26,317 nt of DNA from Candidatus Thorarchaeota archaeon (GTDB taxonomy: Archaea > Asgardarchaeota > Thorarchaeia > Thorarchaeales > Thorarchaeaceae): contig JBHIAE010000040.1 in the NCBI GenBank assembly GCA_046758445.1, forward strand, positions 1-26,317. Direction: 5' to 3'. Shown piece by piece: positions 18,769-26,317 of the stretch (its first letter is position 1; each line of letters opens with the position of its first letter). Both the position numbers and the translations under genes were made by a program. Below the pieces are notes generated by a model. That model saw nothing but the letters and a program-made list of their open reading frames with translations, made no database searches and had not been told where the DNA came from.

Positions 18769-20436
18769 TCATTTGAAATGTGATAGGCTCAAAGCTTGTT
18801 CTGGTGAAATCTCCAGACCTAGTCGGTTCAGCCTTGTCATCTCATCGATTGGAGTCTTGTTCTTGGGGTCTATTGCCAAGCATGCGCCATGGACCATCTC
18901 TGTTCTAAGCTGCCCCTTGGCAATTGGATTGTTTCTCAGGTGTGGTGCGTCCAAGATTCCCTTCCCGACTGCTTGCACGTATGTCTTGGGTTCGATGAGA
19001 GGGTCCCGTGAGGTTCCATCACTCAGTGAATGAACGACTGCAACTAGTAGTTTGGCTTCTTTCACAAGCTCGTTCTTCCGTTTCAGAACTTCCTTGTCAC
19101 CAAGGGGATTTGGAGTTCCGAGAAGACAGTCATGAATGACCCTTCGTGCAATCTTGCAACTCTCAATGATCTCTTCTGCAGTTGCAGCGTGATCAGCCTC
19201 ACAGAATCCCACAACGTGTACAATATGCGGATTCAGCAACATTCCAGTATAGATTGAAGATGATAGCTGACCCTTACCCATGTCAAGGTCAGGTGGATAA
19301 GAAAAGAGTCCAGGCCTTACCTGTCTAATAGAGAGAAAACTGTGATCATGCAAGGACTCAACTAGCTCGATCTTTGCAAGCATCTTGGCAAGATCCATCT
19401 TAGGGGAGGTTCCAAGGGGTGTGTTGAGCATGTATTGTGCGACATAGTGCCGGACACCAGCTGCCTTCGCATTGTATGCAGAGAGATATGCCATTGCAAC
19501 TGCAATTGTATCATGAGCGCTTCTCAGGCTCCAATGATGAGGCTCATTGATCTCAACTGGAATGTCGTGTTTTGCATGCCATCGGTGGTTTTGCTGATTC
19601 TCAGTCATTGCTTCCTCAAGAGGCCTCTTGCTCCTCCCATCTAACTCACTGTACCACAACAGAGGAGTTGCACACCATGCGTTGTTTATAGTTTCTTTCA
19701 ATAGCTCTGCCCAGCGTATCAGGTCACGTGTACCACTGTAACATCTTAGGAGAGGGTAGTTACCTCTTCTTGAGGCCTCAAAGAGTCGTTGCAGTTCTTC
19801 GGTTTCTCTGAGTGGGACTCCTCCATCGCCCTCCAGACTCTCGTCCATCTCGGACGGGTGAAAGAATGACTCCTGTGCACTTTGATCTGGGCCGATTGAA
19901 ATCACATCTAGGACTGATGCCCTCGCTATTCGTGCCACACCATGCACTGTTTCTTCAACAGATGATAGACCGAAATGGTGTCTCAAGAGTGGTATCGGGC
20001 TCTTAATGGCGATTCTTGTCATTAGATCTTGAGGATTCTTCTCGCCGGGGTGCATCTGCGTACATCCACGGAGAAATCCTAACGTATCTCCATCAGTGGA
20101 AAAGCCGGTGAAGATCTCCTCAAACAATCCTATACTCTCTGCAATCGGTCTGATTGGTGCTGTGCAGCCAAGTAACCACCTCTTCGTTTCCAGATCGTTT
20201 TTAGCCACGGCTTTCTTCAGGTCCTTGAGGAGCCTTGTCGCACTCACCGCAGTGAGTCTGTAGCTTACGCCAACAACGTCAGGGTCGTGCTTCTTGACTT
20301 GGATTATCAGCTCATCAATGGGGGTTGCAGGTCCCAAGAATAGAGTTTCATGACCTTCTTCCTCTGCCAGAACGAGAAATCGAAGAACCCCGGCCACATG
20401 GACACAGTTTCCAATGGCGGCCCCTAGAATCTTCAC
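18769..20436 (-). CDS. Cobalamin-binding protein: N-terminal B12 Rossmann domain plus a putative mutase-type barrel
   Basis: GNCVHVAG (DxHxxG variant), LFLG..TP and VVGVSY in the N-terminal ~120 aa; ~430-aa C-terminal domain with HVVGFCEADHAAT; GTGA overlap with the upstream gene. Confidence 0.8.
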   Translation of the reverse strand: MKILGAAIGNCVHVAGVLRFLVLAEEEGHETLFLGPATPIDELIIQVKKHDPDVVGVSYRLTAVSATRLLKDLKKAVAKNDLETKRWLLGCTAPIRPIAESIGLFEEIFTGFSTDGDTLGFLRGCTQMHPGEKNPQDLMTRIAIKSPIPLLRHHFGLSSVEETVHGVARIARASVLDVISIGPDQSAQESFFHPSEMDESLEGDGGVPLRETEELQRLFEASRRGNYPLLRCYSGTRDLIRWAELLKETINNAWCATPLLWYSELDGRSKRPLEEAMTENQQNHRWHAKHDIPVEINEPHHWSLRSAHDTIAVAMAYLSAYNAKAAGVRHYVAQYMLNTPLGTSPKMDLAKMLAKIELVESLHDHSFLSIRQVRPGLFSYPPDLDMGKGQLSSSIYTGMLLNPHIVHVVGFCEADHAATAEEIIESCKIARRVIHDCLLGTPNPLGDKEVLKRKNELVKEAKLLVAVVHSLSDGTSRDPLIEPKTYVQAVGKGILDAPHLRNNPIAKGQLRTEMVHGACLAIDPKNKTPIDEMTRLNRLGLEISPEQALSLSHFK

Positions 20437-21626
20437 GTTTCATCCACCTCCAGTCCTGGGATATCCCATACCTCATCGAAGTCTGGATAGTCAACAGGCA
20501 AGCGACCTGTTCGGACGTATTCCTTGACTTCACGAGGGCTCAGACCTTCAAGACCCATGCTCTCTAGATTGCGTCCGCTCTCCCAGAAGTCTATTCCATA
20601 GAGTTGGCATGCAATATTGATTACAGAGTCTATAGCTGGAGTTTCGATTCCGATAAGTTTGCCAAGATTGGAAATGGGCACTAGACCTGTGGGAACATCT
20701 TCCAGTACATAGCGATGTTCCAAGGATGAAGGACTTCCAACTCCATCGTATGCATCAATGCTCTGAATACACTCGCATAATGTGGCTCCTTTCGCGTCAT
20801 ACGTTCTTCTCAGCCATTCTAGTAAAGACAAAGGTTGGGCGCAGAACTCTTGAGCAACACTCATTCTCTCAGCGTCCATCTTCTCTATAAGCTGACCCAC
20901 AGTTTCGGAGATTGCATCATGATAGTGATTATACCCACCTTGCCTTGACTCAAGAAGACCAGCAGATAGGATTGTGGGGGTTGGATGTAGCATGGCGCCA
21001 ACATTGTTGAGACTGGTTTCCATTACGTCATCTGCTAGCTCGAATGGGAGAGGAAGTCGATTCAGACTCTTCAGAAGCCGATGATTGTCGGACGCTGGAA
21101 ATGCACTTATTCTGACGCTATTCTTGATCTTGGAAATCAATACCGAGTTCGGCCCAGTAGTCCTTGACACAAAACTGAAGGTCTGCGCCTCTCCCAATAG
21201 AAGGTCGTCGACGTTGGAGTTTGATCTCAATATTCCGGCAAACTCAAGAACACCACCAGTTCGACCGGGCATTAGAAGCACTGTCTGCCCCGGTTCAAGG
21301 TGAGGACCCATGGTATCGGCGAAGAATGTATGTGCCTGAGCTGGTACTGAAACAACGAGAATATCTCTACCATCAATGGCCTCCTTCATATTGTCTGTGA
21401 CACGCGAGATGTGTGCAAATCCTTCGACAAGACCGTGAGCTTCGATGCCTCCTCTGTCGGATATCCCCTTGACATTCTCGATACTACGGTTGTAGAGAGC
21501 AACATCAAGACCGTTTATGGAGAGATAGCTAGCAAGGCCTCTGCCAGCGTGTCCTGCACCCAGGACAGCAACCCTGACAGGACCTGATGTGTACTTCTCC
21601 GGCTCTTTCCATGGCATGAGGTTCAT
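20433..21626 (-). CDS. NAD(P)-dependent opine (octopine/nopaline) dehydrogenase family protein
   Basis: VLGAGHAG Rossmann fold, PGRTGG, EAQT, LNNVGAMLHP, RYVLEDVPTGLVP; GGAGG SD. Confidence 0.92.
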   Translation of the reverse strand: MNLMPWKEPEKYTSGPVRVAVLGAGHAGRGLASYLSINGLDVALYNRSIENVKGISDRGGIEAHGLVEGFAHISRVTDNMKEAIDGRDILVVSVPAQAHTFFADTMGPHLEPGQTVLLMPGRTGGVLEFAGILRSNSNVDDLLLGEAQTFSFVSRTTGPNSVLISKIKNSVRISAFPASDNHRLLKSLNRLPLPFELADDVMETSLNNVGAMLHPTPTILSAGLLESRQGGYNHYHDAISETVGQLIEKMDAERMSVAQEFCAQPLSLLEWLRRTYDAKGATLCECIQSIDAYDGVGSPSSLEHRYVLEDVPTGLVPISNLGKLIGIETPAIDSVINIACQLYGIDFWESGRNLESMGLEGLSPREVKEYVRTGRLPVDYPDFDEVWDIPGLEVDET

Positions 21627-21639
21627 ACCTCCGCCTCAA

Positions 21640-21799
21640 CTCGCAAACTCGGCCCTTATCAGTCGCCCCGGTGAACGAATACACCATAAGTTGGACCGAC
21701 GTGGTCTAGAAGGACCAAGGCACGTAAATTGTCGATGCGGTCTCTCTATGGACTCTCTTTTGCCATACTTTACCGAGATACCATTATTAGATTTGCGAA
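21640..21799 (-). promoter_or_regulatory. Candidate structured 5' leader of the opine-DH/B12 operon
   Basis: Nested helices TTCGCAAAT/GTTTGCGAG, CTCGGT/ACCGGG, CCATAG/TTATGG, GACCG/CGGTC, ACGTG/CACGT, ending a few nt before the GGAGG SD. Confidence 0.45.
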
Positions 21800-21992
21800 A
21801 TCGACAGTTGCCGAAGCGTGGTACGCATTGTTAAGGGAAGAATGGTCGAAGTAGCAGGATTTAGACGGTATAGGACATGGTCAAGCGGCTCATTCATCGT
21901 TAGGTCAAAGTACGATCCAGGCTATTGTTTCTTGTAAAGAACAAGAGGATTCTGTGATGATCCTTTTGTGTTTTATTGTGAAGAGAGAGCAC

Positions 21993-22003
21993 TCTTATAA
22001 GGG
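21993..22003. promoter_or_regulatory. TATA-like box TCTTATAAGGG in a divergent intergenic region
   Basis: Matches the archaeal YTTAWA on both strands; identical 11-mer at 26234-26244. Confidence 0.5.
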
Positions 22004-22345
22004 CTGACTATGAGTAGAGTGTGTTGAGAGATTAAGTAGGAAGTGAGTCGGCAGCAATCATGTGCTAATTGCACAAGCGACCACAATACTGACTGGCCCA
22101 TAACTAAGTCTACACGGACCCTTCAATTCCGAAATCTCCTACTTTGGCGTCAAGCCATAATGGAAGAAGATGAGTGCAATGACCGAAGACAAGGTCCTAG
22201 ACATCACACTGCAGACCCCAGAATGGAATGATACAGGAGAAAGGGTGGCCATGTTTGTCAAAATGACCGCTGATAGACGTAATTTCAATGGACAAATCGA
22301 AACTGAATCTTCTCAGAGTGTTGCGCCCATGAGGAGAGCCCCTAG

Positions 22346-22867
22346 ATGAGCTTTAACGTGATACGTGCCTCGCCATCTGAAGCGTGGAATAGAGACTTGC
22401 CACCAATCGGTTTCTCAGTAGACAGTTCAGGTACGGCAATGACTGTTTCCAAGTTCCCTGAACCGGACTACTATCTTAGAATGACAAGACCACCAAGAGG
22501 TGTACTAGAGTTTGTCGTCAAGGCATATAGAAATGCGAAACATGATCACAACACACTCAAGAAACTAATCCGCGACTTTTGTGAAGAATCAAGAACTGGT
22601 TGTCATATCAGTAGAACCACCACCACGGAAATCGGTGGGGTGACTCGTAAGTCTCGAGTGTTTCTTGCGGGGCGAAACCTCTCACGGAAGAAGTGGTTAG
22701 CTGCTCTCATTCCCTCCCCTGATGGAGGGCCCTATGGGCTTCTAGTTATGTTTGGTGTATACGTGGGCCCTCACAGAGATAGGAAACAAGCGCGAATCAT
22801 GGAAAGTCCTGTCTTGAAAGGTCTGATGGAGAGCTTCCAGTTGACGAGTGGCCGCTGGAACGGATAG
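22346..22867 (+). CDS. Hypothetical basic protein (173 aa)
   Basis: ATG with GAGGAG SD; ends 13 nt before tfb; no family recognised. Confidence 0.75.
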   Translation: MSFNVIRASPSEAWNRDLPPIGFSVDSSGTAMTVSKFPEPDYYLRMTRPPRGVLEFVVKAYRNAKHDHNTLKKLIRDFCEESRTGCHISRTTTTEIGGVTRKSRVFLAGRNLSRKKWLAALIPSPDGGPYGLLVMFGVYVGPHRDRKQARIMESPVLKGLMESFQLTSGRWNG

Positions 22868-22880
22868 GGAGTAGATTTGT

Positions 22881-23834
22881 ATGGTAAGAGAGTATAGAGG
22901 AAGAAGCAATCGGGAAATTAGCAGAGAAACGTGTCTTAGTTGTGGAGGAAACTTCTTCACAAAGGACCGAACTCGCGGAGAGAGAGTATGCACATCTTGT
23001 GGGCTTATTGCTTCAGACCATAATCTTGATAGGGGACCCGAGTGGAGAGCGTTCACTGCAGAGGATAGAAAAGCACGAGAACGAACTGGGGCGCCGATGA
23101 GGTTTAGATTTGCTGATAAGGGACTCTCCACTACGATTGACTGGCGGAACAAGGACGCTTCGGGTAGATCCATTACGGGACACCGCCGAGCCGCAATCTA
23201 CAGGATGCGAAAATGGCATGTCAGAAGTAGAACCCGTGCTAACGACTATAGGAACTTGATTTCTGCAATGAGCGAGATGGAGAGGCTGGCCTCGCAGCTT
23301 GCAGTTCCACGTGAAACACAAGAAACTGCTGCTTTGATTTATAGAAAAGCTCTGAAGAAGAAACTAGTTAGGGGTAGGAGTATAGACGCTCTTGTAGCCG
23401 CTTCAGTATACCTTGCATGCAGGATGCATCGAATTCCAAGACGACTTGATGAGGTTGCAGTCGAGTCAAGGGCCACCAGAAAGGAGGTCGGTCAATCTGT
23501 ACGGCTTGTCTTGTCCCAATTGAATGTCAGTGTGCCGGTAGCTTCAGCAAGGGACTTGATACCCAGACTATCTTCGGATCTTGGTTTCAAGGGAGAAACT
23601 GTGAAGAAGGCTACGGAGATAATCGTCAAGGCGAGGAAAAAGGGTATCACGATAGGTAAGGACCCAGGGGGCATTGCGGGGGCTGCATTGTACATCGCGG
23701 GTATTCTCGAAGAAGATAAGCGCACCCAGAGAGACGTGGCTAGAGCAGCACATGTAACAGAAGTGACCATTCGCAACCGATACAAGGACCTTGTCCACTC
23801 CCTTGGGATATCATTTGGAATAGATTCTAAGTAA
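22881..23834 (+). CDS. tfb: Transcription initiation factor IIB (TFB), probably a paralogue
   Basis: CLSC..CTSCG Zn ribbon, GPEWRAF B-reader, two cyclin repeats (RGRSIDALVAASVYLACR; GKDPGGIAGAALY), VTEVTIRNRYKDL HTH. Confidence 0.97.
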   Translation: MVREYRGRSNREISRETCLSCGGNFFTKDRTRGERVCTSCGLIASDHNLDRGPEWRAFTAEDRKARERTGAPMRFRFADKGLSTTIDWRNKDASGRSITGHRRAAIYRMRKWHVRSRTRANDYRNLISAMSEMERLASQLAVPRETQETAALIYRKALKKKLVRGRSIDALVAASVYLACRMHRIPRRLDEVAVESRATRKEVGQSVRLVLSQLNVSVPVASARDLIPRLSSDLGFKGETVKKATEIIVKARKKGITIGKDPGGIAGAALYIAGILEEDKRTQRDVARAAHVTEVTIRNRYKDLVHSLGISFGIDSK

Positions 23835-23885
23835 TGACATCGGAGAAAATTCTCAAATATCAGCATTTGATAGAGGTTATCCTGA

Positions 23886-24812
23886 ATGACTCTTCCACTT
23901 GACGATCTCAGTCGACGCTTTGCTGACAGAAGCACAATAGGCTATCTCATGGGATTCTTTCTGGGATTGGTTTTACTCCTAGTTCTATTGTTTCAGAATC
24001 AGTTCGACTTTCTGCTCCTATTTGGCGGCGAGGGGGCACTCTTACTCCTCTCGGTATCCGGGGTTGTGATGAGATTCCTAAGTGGTTTCGGAGTGATGCT
24101 TACCTATGCGTACATTTGCAGCATCGTCCTAAGAAATGTGACAGAGCAAGTAAAGGGTAGTAGGAAACGTATGAGATTGCTGAAACTTGCTCTGATAATC
24201 CCGAGTCTAGTTGTCCTAATCTATGCAGTGTATGCATTCGTCAATGCATATTTCTATTCGCAAAGTCTTACACTGATTGAGAATCTCACCGCAGTCTATG
24301 GGATTTGGTCGCTGATACTTCTAGTCTACATCATTCCGATAGTCAGAGAAGAGTATAGTCCTCAGGTGCATGGAAACTCGGTGGATAGTCTAGATGAAAA
24401 ACTCGGAAACTGGAAACATGCTCTATGGAAAGGATATCAGTTACATGTTTGGAAGGACTATGGTCGAGTCTACTCTGAAGAATTCAAAAGATACCAACAG
24501 AGAATGACTGAGATCCGTGCAATCCTGAGTGGAATTCTTCTTTTGCCAACTGCATTTGTTCTGATGATTCTCCCACCTATCGGGATTCTTGCCATTATGC
24601 TCTGGTTCAGAGTATTCTCAATGGACAACAGACCTTTGACGAGAGGTGAAAGGTTTCTTCTGGTTTTCATTTTAGCAACGGCTCTTCTCGTCGCAACCTA
24701 CTTGTTCTTAGCTATGGACATCTCAGAAACACTTGTCTACTTCAACGCTTCTTACTCGATTGGGGTGTTCTTCAGCATAGCTTTGTTTGGGGTCGTGGTC
24801 TGGCAGGCCTAA
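23886..24812 (+). CDS. Polytopic membrane protein (about 7 TM) of unknown function
   Basis: Multiple hydrophobic segments with a central soluble loop; 308 aa. Confidence 0.8.
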   Translation: MTLPLDDLSRRFADRSTIGYLMGFFLGLVLLLVLLFQNQFDFLLLFGGEGALLLLSVSGVVMRFLSGFGVMLTYAYICSIVLRNVTEQVKGSRKRMRLLKLALIIPSLVVLIYAVYAFVNAYFYSQSLTLIENLTAVYGIWSLILLVYIIPIVREEYSPQVHGNSVDSLDEKLGNWKHALWKGYQLHVWKDYGRVYSEEFKRYQQRMTEIRAILSGILLLPTAFVLMILPPIGILAIMLWFRVFSMDNRPLTRGERFLLVFILATALLVATYLFLAMDISETLVYFNASYSIGVFFSIALFGVVVWQA

Positions 24813-24888
24813 TGATGCTACGCTAGCATACGACTGACAAGGCTTGGATTGACTGATGGATATAATGACTTGAATCCAAGTGTTGCCA

Positions 24889-25383
24889 TCAAAGACCGGA
24901 ATCAGAACCAATAAGATAGGAAATGAAGTTTACAAGTCGGCTCCTGTGTGAAGTATCAATTGCAGAAATCTCTAGTGTAGGAAGATTGGTCATCTTCTCA
25001 ATGCGAGAAGCTGGCAGACGGCGGGGGAGGTCCTGCTTGTTGGCAATGATTGCGAATCTTGCGTCTGGGAATGATTCTCTGAGGAACCTCAAAGAGTACT
25101 TGACTTCATTTAGATTCTCTCTTGTGCTGTCGGTAATGATGAACAAAAAACGCTCAAAGGGTTTGGTACCTCGCAAGAAAGAGAAGCTGAAGACTTCCAG
25201 TTTCGTAGGTTCATAGCTTGAAGTCTGAAGTTCCCAGAATGTGTAGACAGTATCCTTGGCGTCAATTACATAGGTTGTGCCTCGGCTCCTGGCACTCTCA
25301 TCCAATAAGCGTACTATTGATGTCTTGCCCACACCAACCTTGCCGATTGTGGCAATCGCGATGTTTCGTATCTCACCAGTCAT
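24889..25383 (-). CDS. Small GTPase-like protein (Arf/Rab-like) with degenerate G3
   Basis: G1 GKVGVGKTS, G4 ANKQDL, G5 ISA; G3 reads WELQTS instead of WDxxG. Confidence 0.88.
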   Translation of the reverse strand: MTGEIRNIAIATIGKVGVGKTSIVRLLDESARSRGTTYVIDAKDTVYTFWELQTSSYEPTKLEVFSFSFLRGTKPFERFLFIITDSTRENLNEVKYSLRFLRESFPDARFAIIANKQDLPRRLPASRIEKMTNLPTLEISAIDTSHRSRLVNFISYLIGSDSGL

Positions 25384-25528
25384 ATCTCAAAAACCTATAC
25401 TGTGTAATAGTTCTCGAACTCGAGTGATTCTGAGTACTTTAGTTCAAGTTCTTGCATGTGTGAGCAGGTCCAAATAAGGGGCGTCCTATCAGACGATTCG
25501 CTCTTCTGTATGTAAGCTTCACAGTTAG

Positions 25529-26035
25529 CTAGTACCGGCGTCTTCTTCGACGGTTGTCGCGTCTGCTACGTGAGTAGCGCCTGCTATTTCTTCCACCATA
25601 GCCTCTATAACTTCGGCCCGAGGATCCGCCATAGGAGTATCCCTCAAAGTGATGACGGGGACGGCCATAGTACTCTTCGGATTTGTCAACATCGTTATTG
25701 ACTTCCGCAATCTCTTGATCAGCTTCGGCGATTTCGCTCTCACGCCCAATCTTCAGACGTAGATTACCACGGAAAAGACCGGTGTAACAGTTCTTTAGCT
25801 CATATGTCTTGCGAGATTCGACCTCTTGGATCATGTCATTCCATAGGGGCATAGTCACAATTCCCGTTTCGTCTCCAACAACTGCACTTGCTACACGATT
25901 CAGACTTCCGTCACTCCTGGATGTGACTTCCCGTACATCACCCTTCTCAATCACTTTGAAACTGATGTTGATATTGCTCATTCTTGGTTCCAGTTCTGCT
26001 ACTTTAATCTCAGTGCCTTCTACTTCAGAATTCAT
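25529..26035 (-). CDS. ssb: Single-OB-fold ssDNA-binding protein (SSB/RPA-like) with an Arg/Ser/Gly/Tyr-rich tail
   Basis: KVAELEP, VVGDETGIVTMPLWN, GLFRGNLRLKIGR OB-fold pattern; start probably ATG 26035 (alternative 26071). Confidence 0.9.
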   Translation of the reverse strand: MNSEVEGTEIKVAELEPRMSNINISFKVIEKGDVREVTSRSDGSLNRVASAVVGDETGIVTMPLWNDMIQEVESRKTYELKNCYTGLFRGNLRLKIGRESEIAEADQEIAEVNNDVDKSEEYYGRPRHHFEGYSYGGSSGRSYRGYGGRNSRRYSRSRRDNRRRRRRY

Positions 26036-26163
26036 ATGAATCACAACTGTTGCACAAAGATGTACTCCCATTAGACTGAAAAATCAGCACACACACATCC
26101 AATAATATGGGTCAAACAATGACATCCTTTGTGTCAACACTGAATGTTTGATTCTGGGGAGGG

Positions 26164-26244
26164 CTTATAAATCCCAGCATATTGCTTGAAGAGCGAGAAA
26201 CGTGTTTATGAGCTCCAATTGAGGTCTTAGGGGTCTTATAAGGG
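26164..26244. promoter_or_regulatory. Two TATA-like boxes (CTTATAAA, TCTTATAAGGG), probably divergent promoters
   Basis: YTTATAA elements in the non-coding region upstream of ssb. Confidence 0.45.
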
Positions 26245-26317
26245 AGGCCCTGTTGTATAAGTCGTGTAATACTCGGATACAAGGAGAGGGAGGGGTGGGA
26301 CTGCCATTGATCAACCA

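Noticed and set aside
21659-21766. 35-codon uORF with an internal TAG as a pyrrolysine peptide; genome-wide amber recoding
   Set aside because: TAG is the normal stop of many genes here (rps12, nusA, nitroreductase, SDR, ssb), and there are no pyl genes in the window.
22043-22231. 62-aa plus-strand ORF upstream of the TFB cluster
   Set aside because: No motifs or coding support; likely intergenic.

Overview
Archaeal core-genome window, most likely from an Asgard archaeon and possibly Thorarchaeia. This is inferred from the archaeal RNAP cluster, an Arf/Rab-like small GTPase, tRNAs with non-canonical introns and about 50% GC. The left half is the minus-strand RNA polymerase/str cluster: tRNA-Lys, rpoB (unsplit), rpoA', rpoA'', eL30, nusA, a small membrane ORF, uS12, a TPR protein and a truncated Lys-rich ORF where uS7 is expected. 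rpoH is absent from its usual position, which is occupied by a ~116-nt structured RNA candidate. RpoA'' carries a histone-H1-like octapeptide-repeat N-terminus and is in frame with rpoA' across a single TAG. The right half has tRNA-Asp (D-loop intron), a frameshifted alpha/beta-hydrolase, a YdhR-like protein, a SIS protein, an SDR, FprA and a nitroreductase. It also has a translationally coupled opine dehydrogenase plus B12-binding (CxHxxG) mutase-like operon with a long structured leader, a TFB paralogue cluster, a switch-II-degenerate small GTPase and an SSB with an Arg/Ser/Gly/Tyr tail. No mobile elements or CRISPR arrays were seen.
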